32,899 nucleotides of DNA from Octopus bimaculoides (lineage: Eukaryota): NCBI RefSeq assembly GCF_001194135.2, contig NC_068985.1, positions 34,594,314-34,627,212 on the forward strand, in the 5' to 3' direction. The position numbers and the translations under genes were made by a program. Positions 22,052 to 32,899 of this stretch are shown here, one piece after another. Position 1 is the stretch's first letter; each line of letters begins with the position of its first letter. Under the pieces are notes generated by a model. It ran no database searches, was not told where the DNA came from, and saw only the letters and a list, made by a program, of their open reading frames with translations.

Positions 22052-22171
22052 CATATATACGACGCGCTTCTTTCAGTTTCTGTCTACCAAATCTACTCAC
22101 AAGTCTTTGGTCAGCCTGAGGCTATAGAAAACACTTGCCCAAGGTGCCATGCAGTGGGACTGAACCCGGAA
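21795..22171 (-). mobile_element. tRNA-derived SINE (head truncated by the gap), internal (CA/TA)n, (AAAAGAGT)n-like tail
   Basis: Head and core at 22059-22171 (ggcaccttgggcaagtg on -), body at 21815-21995, tail tttactcttttactc. Confidence 0.75.
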
Positions 22172-22181
22172 NNNNNNNNNN
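22172..22181. other. Assembly gap (10 N)
   Basis: Run of n between a SINE head and a (TA)/(TG) microsatellite. Confidence 1.
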
Positions 22182-22268
<87 letters not shown>

Positions 22269-22284
22269 CATACACATACATATA

Positions 22285-22515
22285 TATTCCTTTATTCCTT
22301 TATTCTTTTATTCTTTTATTTGTTTCAGTCATTTGACTGTGGCCATGCTGGAGCACCACCTTTTAGTTGAAGAAACCAACCCCAGGAATTATTCTTAGTA
22401 AGGCTGGTACTTATTCTATCGGTCTCTTTTGTTGACCAATGAGGACGTAAACACTCCAACATCGGTTGTCATGTAATGATGGGGTGGGGGAAACACACTC
22501 ACAAAGACACGCACA
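22285..22515 (-). mobile_element. Second copy of the same SINE 3' half
   Basis: tttgtttcagtcatttgactgtggccatgctggagcacc... is colinear with 21815-21995. Confidence 0.75.
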
Positions 22516-22523
22516 TAAATATA

Positions 22524-22620
22524 TACAGTAATCCCTCAACTATCCAAAACCCCACACAAAAGGTGAAAATCCGCAAAGTAGAAGCAGTACTGTATTGTAT
22601 ATTTTTTGTTATTATTATAA
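22524..22620. mobile_element. Tigger-like terminal fragment
   Basis: TA|CAGTAATCCCTC, a pogo/Tigger-type terminus. No partner end found. Confidence 0.4.
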
Positions 22621-22709
22621 TTTGTATATATGCATTTTATTATAAATCCAAAACAACACCACAGAGGAATCGACATAAGCTTAAATAATAAAGTGTGATA
22701 GGTGAACAG

Positions 22710-24297
22710 TGGATATGGCGAAGGATTGAGGCTCTGGTTTTGGTTCCCACAATGAGGGGGAACTAGGCTGCTGGAGTTCTGCATTGCAAATGACCTTATG
22801 GTTTGCAATACTAACTTCAGGAAACCTGCCAGTCACCTAGTCACCTACCGTTCTGGCAAACACACTAACCAAATTGACTACATCCTTGCCAGAAAAAGGG
22901 AAAGATGACTGCTTATAAATGCCAAATCCTTCCCAGGCAAAGAATGTACCCCACAACATAGACTGGTAGTTAATGACTTCAGGATCAGAGCTAAGTAGTT
23001 GCCCAGAAGATGACTAGCATGGAGGAGAAGGGTCTGGAAGCTTAAAGATCCTGCGAATGGACAGAGATTTAGAGACATATTACTCGAAGCCTTTGATGAA
23101 ATAGAAGGGGATATAGCCAGGGGAGAAGCAGAAAGAAGGAAGTTTTTCAATGTTCTATGTCATGAAGATCAGAGGCATGAAATGTTGCGGATTGCTAGAC
23201 AATGTGTCAGAGAAAACCATGATGTGGTAAGAAAGAAATCTATTTGCATGGATGATGGCTCACTTGCAGTTAGTAATTCTGCAAAGAAGGAGGCTTGAAA
23301 GTGTCATTATGAAAGGCTGCTAAATGTAGAGAATGCATGGGAGAAGGAGAGCTTGCTTAATGTTGACACAACAATCAAAGGTGATGTCCTAGTCAAATAA
23401 TCACAGAGGTATCAAATTACTGGACCAAGTGATGAAAGTTACTGAAAGGGTCATAGCTCAAATTAATTAGGAGGAAAGTTAGCATAGCTGAAATGCAGTT
23501 CAGGTTTATTTGGATTTGTGCCTATGCAGTCTTTATGGTGAGGCAACTGTAGGAGAAATACTTGGCCAAGAATAAACCTCTGTTTCTGGCTTTTAGTGAC
23601 ATGGAGAAAGCCTTTAACAGAGTCCCCCATTCCTTTATATGATGGGCAATATGGAAGTTAGGGATAATGAGTGGTTAGTGAGAGCTGTAGAAGACATGTA
23701 CAGTGATGCCGTTAGTAAGGTGAGAGTCACCAATGAGTATAGCAATGAATTAAGTGTACAAGTCGGAGTCCACCAGGAGTTGGTTTTTAGCACCCTATCA
23801 TTTATCATGGTCCTCCAAACTACAACTGCTGAATTTAAGACTGGCTGCCCCAGGGAGCTCCTCTATGCTGATGACCTTGTTCTCATTGATGAATCACTAC
23901 CCCAAAAAATTTTCAAGTATGAAAGAAAAGTCTAGAATCAAAGGGCCTTAGAGTTAACATAGCAAAGACCAAAGTATTGATAAGTAGGAAAATAGACAAA
24001 TTACAGGTGCCTTCAGGGAGATGGCTCTGCTTGATATGTAGACAAAGAGTCTGGAAAAACTCCATAAAGTGTACCCAGTGCAAGCTATGGTCACATAACA
24101 GGTGCAGCTATCACTGGACAACTACCAATGAAAGTAGTCTTTATATGTGGCATATATAAAAATTGGACTCCCTCATATGCCTGTGGGGATCCCTAGAAGT
24201 AGTAGACAATTTCTGTTACGTAATAGTGGGGTAGGACGGTTTGTTCTGCAAGCATAGCTGCTAGAACAAGAATAGGCTGGGAAAAATACAGAGAGAT
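22710..24297 (+). mobile_element. RTE LINE: endonuclease C-terminus through RT, internally deleted
   Basis: Reads EFCIANDLMVCNTNFRKP..LVTYRSG..QIDYIL, later EFKTGCPRELLYADDLVL (about 23830-23885), the Cys-rich CLIC..C..C segment and VVDNFCY. Confidence 0.85.
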
Positions 24298-24713
24298 AAC
24301 AGGGTAACACGGTAGTAGAATGGTGAGAGGAGGTGCTATGATAAGAGAAGTAAAACTAAGTTAGGAGAAATGAGCAGGTAGAAGGAAGTAATACTTGAGA
24401 AGTTAGCAATTAGTGATGGGGAAACCAAAAGCTAAGAATGAAAGATGACAGAATTGAAGAATGAAGAAAAATTGATGGAAATGTAAAATGTAGAAAATGA
24501 CAACATGAAAAATTTAAGATTAAAAAATTAAAAAATTTAAAAAGTTTAAAAATGAAAAGATGATGAGAAGCTGAAGTAGTGTGAAAGGCTTTAATATATT
24601 ACATGAACAGTGAACAGTGAGGACGCCTATGGAAATCCTCATTTGAAAATTCCAGAAAGTTTTTTTATTTGTTCAAATTTTCAAAAGTGTAAAAGGTCTA
24701 ATGGTGTTTTGAG

Positions 24714-24714
<1 letters not shown>

Positions 24715-24773
<59 letters not shown>

Positions 24774-24774
24774 G

Positions 24775-24815
<41 letters not shown>

Positions 24816-24848
24816 GTAGGTAGGTAGATAGGTAGGTAGGTAGGTAGG

Positions 24849-24915
<67 letters not shown>
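24715..24915. repeat. (GATA)n / (GGTA)n tetranucleotide microsatellite
   Basis: Directly visible. Source of the YLSI ORFs. Confidence 0.95.
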
Positions 24916-24916
<1 letters not shown>

Positions 24917-25014
24917 GCAAAAGTTCAGAGGTTCAAAGGTATTCTCCACCTGGATACTGGCAAGGGGAACAGATGTGGTCAACCTTTGAATAAAGGTGGT
25001 ACGTTTCATCAGGA

Positions 25015-25770
25015 AGAAGGTGCTGGATGCCCTTCCTAACACCAACCTCTCTGAGATTGTAGTGGGTGCTTTTTATGTGCCACTGGCACGGATGCCATTT
25101 ACATGATGCTAGCAATAGCCAGGACTACAATTCCCCAGGTGCCATTTACATGACACTGGCAACAGCCACAACTACAGTTTTACTTGGCTTGATGAGTGTT
25201 CTCAATCACAGCATATCATGAAAGGTCTCAATCACTTGTTACCACCTTCATGAGGCCCGACATTCACAGATCATGCTACCAGTAATGACCACGATTACAA
25301 TTTCATGGTAACATGACATTGGTTATAGCTACAACTATTATTTCACTTGGCTTGATGAATCTTCTGAAGCACAGCTTATCACCAAAGGTCTCAATCACTA
25401 TTCTTCACCTCTATTAGGCTCAACATTTGAAGACTATGCTTTACGACCTCGTCCCATGTCTTCCTGGGTCTACTTCTTCCACAGGACATGCCTGTACATA
25501 TGGATGGCCATGGTTTTATTTAGCTTGACATGTCTTCTCAAGCATAGAAAATTGCCAGAAGTCTCAGTCTCTTTCCCTCTCCTCTGTGAAGCTCAACCTC
25601 TGTAGATCATTTCTCACCATTTTGTCCCCTGTCTTCATGGGTCTACCTCTTCCATAGGTTCCTTCCACAGTTAGAGCTCAGCACTTCTTTACACAACTAT
25701 TCTAGGCCATATGCATCACATGAACAAACCAGTCTCTCTTGCGCACCACATCTGATGCCTCTTATGCCCA
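25015..25770 (-). mobile_element. RTE LINE ORF end plus repetitive 3' UTR
   Basis: Minus strand reads GIRCGAQER..LTVEGTYGRGRP.K, the RTE C-terminal RGRP motif. It is followed by several copies of the cttggcttga..tctcaa..cacagcatat..aaggtctca unit. Confidence 0.7.
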
Positions 25771-26084
25771 GTTTTTTTTCTTAAGACATTTACACTCTGT
25801 AATCCATGCACACTGACATTGCTCATCCAGTAATTTTAATGATTTTCTTACACCATAACATGGTAAAATTACCAGTCTAGGGTGCAAAAGTAATTGAAAT
25901 TGTATATTAGACAGGAAGCCCCCTAAAACTATGAAGCCTAAACTCCTACAAAGCTGACTGGAAATCGGTTCAAAATGAGATCCTGAAACAAAAATTGGCA
26001 TGCTGAGTAAAATCGTGGTTATCCATGCATACAGGCAGGTCCTCTACAGCTCTATCTCAGCTGAGTCTTGCAGGCTTGTGGGTG

Positions 26085-26357
26085 CCAGTGCCATGTAAAA
26101 GTGCTTGTGCTAATGCCATGTGAAAGCACCCATGTTGCTGCCAGATAAAAGCATTTGTGACAGTGCTGTATAAAAGTTCTCATGTGAGTGTCACTTATAA
26201 GTGCCCAGTACACTTCGAGTTAGGAAGGGCCTCCAATTATAGAAACATGCCAAAACGGACATGGACTTGAACAGCCCGACAGCTAGTCAGCCCCTGTAAA
26301 ACTGTTTAGCCCTTGCTAGCATGGAAAGCAGACACTGAATGATGATGATGATGATGA
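26085..26357 (+). mobile_element. SINE / RTE-derived 3' end with short tandem units and a (GAT)n tail
   Basis: Repeated gtgcca..taaaagc units, then gttaggaagggc and gctagcatggaaagcagacactgaa(tga)n. Confidence 0.65.
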
Positions 26358-26505
26358 CTCACGCACATACTCACCTCATCACATAGATGCATTTACACTA
26401 CCTACCTAATAATTACACACACATACCAACATCCTGCAACCTAAATAACGAACACCAATATACTACTACACTAGCATACATCTATATATCTATACAGACA
26501 CCACA

Positions 26506-26506
<1 letters not shown>

Positions 26507-26602
<96 letters not shown>

Positions 26603-26612
26603 CACACACAAA
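26507..26612. repeat. (CA)n microsatellite
   Basis: Directly visible. Confidence 0.95.
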
Positions 26613-26874
26613 CATGAGGAGGATGGTGGGGGATAGAGAGCAAGAGAGAAAGGAAATTTATCATAAATTTGTTTGCAATCCATGGCACAAAAGACAGAAA
26701 AATGAAAAATCACAAGTAAATCATTATTTTGCACATTTTTGAACTTATATCTGATCATATTCTGATTTTGGCCATATCTCATTTTTATGTTTTGCTTTAT
26801 CCCTTGATAAGAAGGAAATCTAATTATTAAAACTATCTTCTGTTATAATATGTTGTCGTTTGTGTTCTGAGTTC

Positions 26875-27080
26875 ATCATCATCATCATCATTTAAGTTCC
26901 TCCTTCGATGCTGGCATGGATTGGATAGTTTAACAGGAGCTGGAAAGTCAGAAGACTGCACCATGCCCCACTGTCTGCTTTGACATGGTTTCTATGGCTG
27001 GATGTCCTTCCTAATGCCAACCACTTTACAGAGTGTACTGAGTCCTTTTTACTTGGTACTAGCAACAGTGAGATCACCAA
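26875..27080 (-). mobile_element. SINE / RTE-derived 3' end
   Basis: (CAT)n tail then atgctggcatggattggatag...ggatgtccttcctaatgccaacc. Confidence 0.7.
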
Positions 27081-27548
27081 GTAGCTGGCAAGACAAGACC
27101 CCTTCAGCTGTTGGGAGGAGTAATATTGAGGGAGGTGGCTTTGTACCAGGTGATGAGAGGTTAGAGTATGAATGGTGTTACAGAAATAAGTGTTTTGTAG
27201 TAGAGAAGATACATTGGTTACTTCAGTTGGAGAGAGAGAGAGAAAGATGTTGAAGATGTGATGGTGGAGGACACACAAGGTACAAGGAGGTATATATAAG
27301 TGACATGGAATCAAGGATTGGATCAGACAAGTAGGTAGGTAAGTTCATGAGAAGGTAGAAGGAGAGTGGGAGATGGAAGAGAAGAGCTGTATTTCATGAG
27401 AGTGTGATGGGAGAATGTAAGAGGTGTTTCTAAATATCAACATCAAGGAAAATTGCTTCTGATAAAACTACTGCTGTAACTAATGGTAGTCTTGTTTGAT
27501 ATAGAAAATTGTTACTCATACTATACACATCACTTTTTACTTTTTCAG

Positions 27549-27567
27549 GTGTGAAACGCAATAAAGG
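27549..27567 (+). CDS. Candidate 19-nt cytoplasmic micro-exon of the Ig receptor
   Basis: Strong acceptor ctttttactttttcag and donor GG|gtaagt. In phase 1 it reads G-V-K-R-N-K-G, a basic juxtamembrane sequence. Confidence 0.45.
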
Positions 27568-28244
27568 GTAAGTATATAACATTTTTATCTGCTGTTTACT
27601 TGAAAAGTAGACAGAAAATTTTTATCAAAAGATTAACTTCTATCTTTCATCAATCAGTAAGTTTACCTCATAATATACCTGCTAATGCTTTGAAAATTTA
27701 TAGAAAGATGGCAATTTAGCTGAGGTTTAAATGCAACTGAAATTTTATTCCATGGATATTGCTGAAAATGATATTAGCTATCAACTAATAACAGTTTTCT
27801 TTAGTGCTTGCCTAAATACACTTATGCATTTCAATATATTAATAATTAAATAAGCGTTCAACTACATATTTGCGTAATTGTCACCTGGATGGTATTTGCA
27901 TTGAGTTTAATCAGTCAGTATATAGTTTAGGGTGTTTAGTATTATATTAGAAAAGCTCTTATTTGCTTTGAAATTTGCTTTAGCTACTTTTTTAATACGA
28001 TTTCTATTTAAAAAAAACTATTCATTGTTTCTTGCTATATGTAGTAGGACAAAAAATGTATATTGTAAAAGAAAATTGGCAGGTCTCTTTTGTGAGAGAT
28101 GTGACATACAGTGACAGGAGTGTATGCTTTCACAATAAATGACTATTTACAGGGAAAAGTGAAAAATTGGGTTGCAGTAGAAGGTAATTCTGGTGTGCAT
28201 CAATGATGACAATATAGTAATTCTGGGTATCAAACTTGTGAGAT

Positions 28245-28457
28245 TGTTGAATACAGAAGACCGTAAATAGGTTTTACTCTTCTAAGAATGAGGGTATGAT
28301 ATCTGTCATTAGTTTTTTTAGTTATGAACCTCACTGTTCAGGAGTCAGCCATGTTTAAATATCACTCCAAATCCTTGTTTTCAACTCGCTGGTGAGATGA
28401 TGGAAATAACTGTGAGTAGTAATAATAATAGTAATTATTACTACATTCTCCCCTGCT
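28245..28457 (-). mobile_element. Candidate Gypsy 3' LTR (28245-28445) and polypurine tract (28446-28457)
   Basis: On -, AGCAGGGGAGAA directly precedes TGTAGTAATA. The distal end reads TATTCAACA, an imperfect TG..CA inverted terminus. It lies just downstream of the integrase end. Confidence 0.5.
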
Positions 28458-28539
28458 GAAGAATCTGAGTACTATATGGTAAGTTCTCAAAGTTCTTAGT
28501 CATCACACTATATGTGTGTGTGAGTAGTGAATGTATGTA

Positions 28540-29900
28540 TCCAGGGAATGGTGAGAATAATATGGAACATTTCAGTATTTTGGATAGTTCACACCTTCTG
28601 GTTTCTCAAGCTGTATGAGTGTAGATGTTGTTGACCAGCTTTCAATTGCTCAATATTATCAAGTTTTGCACTGTTGGCTTCTTCTTCAGGGTCGATAACA
28701 CTGGTTCCAGTCTCAACTGACTGTGTTTCTGCTTCAGAGTGGTCTACAGGATCCTGGTTGCATGATGAGGTGTTAAGCTCATATGGTGTATCGGAAAATT
28801 GCGCATCTTTCCCTGGAATCAAATGTTTCAATGAAACTGTTTCCTCCTTGCCACTTGATAAGCATATATGAGTGTATTGTGGATTGCATTCAAGTAACAC
28901 AACCTCTTCTACTGCTGGGTTGTATTTGAAAACCATGGTTGTTTCTTCAGGAGCACAGATCCACCCTTCTCTAGCCATTCTGGTAGTGATGTCCCAGAAG
29001 TTGAGCAGCAGTGAAAACTGAGCAGCCTCTCATGGTGTTAGTGGCTGTACAAAAAAGGGAACAAATAGAATGCAGAGCATCAAAGAGTACTCACTGCCAG
29101 TGACTCACACTCAATTCCTTAGGCTTCAACACCAAAGTAATGGTTATCTATAAGGTTGAATTGAGCATTTTGACCTGACCATTCCCTGCTAGATTGTATG
29201 AGGTCATCCTACTGGTCACTATACCTTTATCATTGAGGAATTGTCTCAGTTCAGCTGATATGAAGTTAGATGGATGAAGTTAGAATGGATGAAAGAAAGG
29301 AGTCCAAAAATCGAAACAGTTGGCAGAAACAATGAATGACAGTATGCATGTGAATGCAAACAGAAAGTGAGAAAGTTCATCAGTAATTGAGAGAATGTAT
29401 TTGTTATGATTAGTGGATGGGAGTGGACCTTGAAGTCTATACTTAATCTCTTAAGTGGCTGAGTGGCCCTCATAAGTTTTTTTGTCGTTGTTGTATATGT
29501 TGGTTAGCTATTCCTAGAAGCTCTCTGCTCTGGTGCTGCCAAGATGGAGAGATATTAATGTTGAAAGTGTTATTACCTACAAATCTGGATAAGAAAGCTC
29601 GTATCTAATGGTTAGGGTTTTGCATGGTATTTGTGACAAACATGATTTTGGTAAGGCTTTCAGTGGACTGCATGCCTTCATATCACTAACTACATTACAT
29701 CATGGTGTATGCTATCATATCAGTGGCACTGGAAAGCTGGTCTTTCTGGATTCAGATGTGCCCTCTACATTTTATCAGTTCTTAATTCAGAGTTACTGCT
29801 CTCCTAGTCAGGTTGTTGTTGTTCCAGCTTACAAAGTTCTTGCCTTCTCCATGTGTAGTCTAGAAATCATTTTGCTAAATGTTGAGTTTGTTCAGATTTC
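28540..29900 (-). mobile_element. Ty3/Gypsy pol relic (integrase)
   Basis: Reads ATQPLKRLSIDFK (start of the integrase core) and PAVEEVVLLECNPQYTHICLSSGKEETVSLKHL (C-terminal region typical of Gypsy integrases). Internally deleted. Confidence 0.7.
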
Positions 29901-29999
29901 CCACTTTTTAGATGTATCTTCTTACTAAGCTGTGAAATCACATCCCTCCATGACTTCCACAAATTACTTAGCATCTTCATGATAGTATCTGTTTGTCTA

Positions 30000-30950
30000 T
30001 GAGCAGGTAGGAGATTCCAAACAAAAGGTCATTATCCTGGAAAGGATTGGGTATAGTGTTTAGTGTGGAGACAACAAAGGTGGTTTGGTGAAGAGAGGAG
30101 TGGATTGGAGGAAGTCTGAATGATGGAATTAAAGGCCAGCAAACTCTGAGGAGCAGAGATTATGTGGCCCTTCTCTGGATGTGGTTCAAAATATCTGTGC
30201 ATAGTAGCAACCCTGTCCCAGATGTGAGTGTGTTACTCTATGTATTGTGGGACTTATTTGAACCTCGTGGAGACTCAGCAGCTGCTGGAGTCTGAAATAT
30301 TCCAATCCTGAAGAGAGAGACTACTCTGAGTTGCATTCCTACACCTGCTCAGAATGTGCTTTCACCTGGAAATGTCTTGAGCGGTAACGAAACCCAGTAT
30401 TTGGAGTGATGGTAAGTTAGCTGTGTATAACACATGAGTAGTGAGTGCAGTGTTGTATTCTTGTTATGCATAGTGCTAAAATATTTTCTTTCCTTTTTTT
30501 CTTTTTTTTTGTTATTAAAAGAAATGAGGCTGGCATGAACCCACTGGAGGCTGTTCAGCAGGTCTCTGTTTATGGAAGCAATGCAAGTTTGGCAGAAGGT
30601 AAGATTGTGTGTGGATGATGCATGGTCAGGGAAAGATAGGAAGGAATAAAGATTCATATCATTTGCATAAGGATGGGTGTTGCTAGATGTGGTAGATAAG
30701 TCATTGATGTATAGCAGGAAGAGAGTGGTGGGGTAAAACTGAACCCTAGGAAACATCAGGTTTGATTAAGAGTGGAACAGTAAGGTCTCTTATCAGCATA
30801 TGCTGCAATGGTGCAATCTGTTAGAAGCTACCAGTCAAAGAGAAGAAAATGTGTGGAAGTTTTGGTTTGATGCATCACTGATGTCTAGAGCAACATTTAT
30901 TCTGTTGGACTTCTTTAAAGCAAGAGCCCACTGATGAGCATCCTAAAAGT
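30000..30950 (-). mobile_element. CR1/L2/Jockey-superfamily LINE RT fragment
   Basis: Reads VALDISDA, a V(P)QGSVL-like region then PTTLFLLYINDL..HPYAND, and a downstream HIW/Q.RA-like segment. Confidence 0.65.
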
Positions 30951-31129
30951 GTGGGTCTCTAATAGACCCGTCATTATGGAAGCTGTACTGGTGAATGGTA
31001 GAAAGTGCATACAACAACAAAAGCAAATACACATCACACCAAATAAAAAGGCATCTAGCATAGAATAACAGGCAGGAAACAACTAATATCTAGTGAGTAA
31101 ACTTTTCAGAGTGTTCCCACCTCTGCTAG

Positions 31130-32243
31130 CAAAAAAGGTCTTCTCACTCAGAATGAAACACAGACTGTATGAACTCATATTATTGAACTCATATTTTACT
31201 TTATGAGTTCAATAAAGGCCACAACACAATGGAAAATGTGAGGCATATTAATGCAGTATACGGGGATTGGACAATAAGCATAAGCCAATGTTAATGGAGG
31301 TTCCAGAAATTCCGAGTCAGAAATTACTGCCTAGAAGATGAGCCTCATCCTGGAAGATCTGGAGAGCTCAACGAGAACGTGCTGCAAACACTGGTGGAAC
31401 AAAATCCCTTTTTGCTGTTGAGGAACTAGCAGAGAAGCTTGGATTTGGTCATTCAACCATTCATGGACGCCTGCATACCATCAGAAAAGTCATCAAATTG
31501 GGTCAATAGTTTTCTAAAATTTTCTGAGACTAATCACACGCAGAGAGTGAATGCATGCTCTTCTTTGTTGTTATATTGTTACGTCTCACGAATGATTTTT
31601 TTTTGCACCAAATATTGACTGGTGATGAGAAATGGGTTCTCTTTAAAAATGTCAAGTGCTGAAGATAGTGGATAGAGAAAGCAGAAACACTGGCACCCCC
31701 AGGCTAAAGAAAGTCTTCACCCATATTAGATGTTGTCATCTGTTTGATGGGATGTGAAAGGTTTAGTCCACTTTGAACTTTTAAACCTAAACCAAAGGAA
31801 GTCTACTGAGAGCAGCCTGAGCAGTTTAAGTCAGCACTTAAGTTAATGCTTTTGTTTCAAGATGAAAGGTGTTCTTCCATCAGGATAATGCTCAGTCATA
31901 TACAGTGAGGATAACATCCAAAAGCTGGAACAGTTTGAATGGTAACCGATGCCCCACCCAGCATACTCAGTAGATATTGCCTCATCTGATTATCATTTAT
32001 TTCATAGTCTTCAAAATCATTTGGATGGAGAAAAATATGAATTCTGTAGACAAGGTCAGAACGGTAGTGGAGGAGTATTTTTCCTCACAGACAAGTGAAT
32101 TAGGGAGAGGAGTCTTGCAAGTCTACCAGATAGAGGGAAGAGTATTGTAGAAAATGAAGGAGAGTATATTTTAGATTAAAAAAGAACTAAATTTTGAAAA
32201 ATAAAAGTATAAAAAAACTGCATTATTTCTGGGATGAGCCAAT
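31130..32243 (+). mobile_element. Mariner (DD34D-type, SETMAR/Hsmar-like) transposon relic with right TIR
   Basis: Reads LEDEPHPGRS..LVEQNP, ILTGDEKWV, HQDNAQSH, HPAYS.DIASSDYHLF and ENEGEYILD*. Right terminus ctgcattatttctgggatgagccaat at 32218-32243. Confidence 0.85.
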
Positions 32244-32383
32244 GTGTGTGTGTGTGTGTGTGTGTACATATATATTTATAGTCAATTCATAAAACAGAAA
32301 AGAGAAAAAAAACAAAAAACAAACGTGAGGATGTAGCACAAGCAATGTATTAATATGAAGCTTGGTGAAAGAAGAGAGTTGTC

Positions 32384-32418
32384 GTTTTACATTTTGAGCA
32401 TAGCTCTTCGTCAGAAAC
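32384..32418 (-). ncRNA. Minimal type I hammerhead motif, family 3 (degenerate), inside a probable Penelope-like terminal repeat (about 32290-32550)
   Basis: Reverse complement reads GUUU-CUGACGA-A-GAGC(uau)GCUC-AAAAU-GUA-AAAC. Stems I and II are intact; GAAAC reads AAAAU. Confidence 0.6.
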
Positions 32419-32554
32419 AGGAAAGTCTGAGGGAAACGAAAGAAGAATGAGGGAAAATCACCAACAGTCCATGTGCAGTTACATTTCTGAAGTGACCGAA
32501 AGTAGGTGGAAGAGAAAGAGCTTTTTGAGACAGGAGAATGACAAAATAATCGGT

Positions 32555-32868
32555 ATGTGTGTGTCTGTTTGTATGTGGTATCACGTGTGTGTGTGTGTAT
32601 GTATGTATGTATGGTAGTATGGCAGTAATGGTATGTGTGTGTGCTCATAAGGTAGCATGTGTGTGTGGAAGTAATTGCATGTTTGTGTGCATGGTAGTCT
32701 GTGTACATGTGGTGGTAACTGTGTGTGGTATTAACTTTGTGTGTGTTTGTGTGATCAGTCTGTGTGTGTATCTGCGTGTTTGTGGTAGGATCTGTATGCG
32801 TATGTGTTAATGTCGCTCTGAGAGGTCAGTAACTATAGTGGCTGGTGTGATATGTATGTTTATACATA

Positions 32869-32899
<31 letters not shown>
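32555..32899. repeat. Degenerate (TG)n/(TATG)n tract and terminal (TA)n
   Basis: Directly visible. Confidence 0.85.

Noticed and set aside
19823-22398. Many VCVC/YIYI/THTH ORFs (also 24681-25045, 26387-26782, 32223-32810)
   Set aside because: They are stop-free reads through dinucleotide and tetranucleotide repeats.

Overview
AT-rich, microsatellite-dense eukaryotic DNA. The SINE/RTE repeat landscape looks like coleoid cephalopod (Octopus-like) sequence; that is recognition from memory, not a search result. The one host gene runs on the + strand across most of the window as short phase-1 exons that the ORF track only partly captures: five Ig-like exons (3358-3669, 5082-5402, 10798-11055, 12374-12622, 16466-16758), a transmembrane exon (19712-19816) and a candidate 19-nt cytoplasmic micro-exon (27549-27567). 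This gives a nephrin/Kirrel/CD22-like type I receptor architecture. Exon 4 ends in a GC donor and exon 5 carries a frameshift. The signal-peptide exon and the last exon were not found. The introns and flanks hold decayed TEs: RTE, R4/Dong-like, Tx1/L1-like and CR1/Jockey-like LINEs, two Gypsy relics, Tigger, mariner, a near-complete MULE, a piggyBac-like MITE and SINEs. The most unusual signal is three sequence-unrelated families of minimal type I hammerhead-ribozyme (HHR) motifs. Two sit in fold-back elements. One of these (1027-1544) is bounded exactly by an 11-bp target-site duplication and joins a tRNA-derived Pol III head to the HHR, suggesting a non-autonomous Penelope-type/retrozyme-like element. 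All HHR copies show core or stem substitutions and are probably inactive as written.
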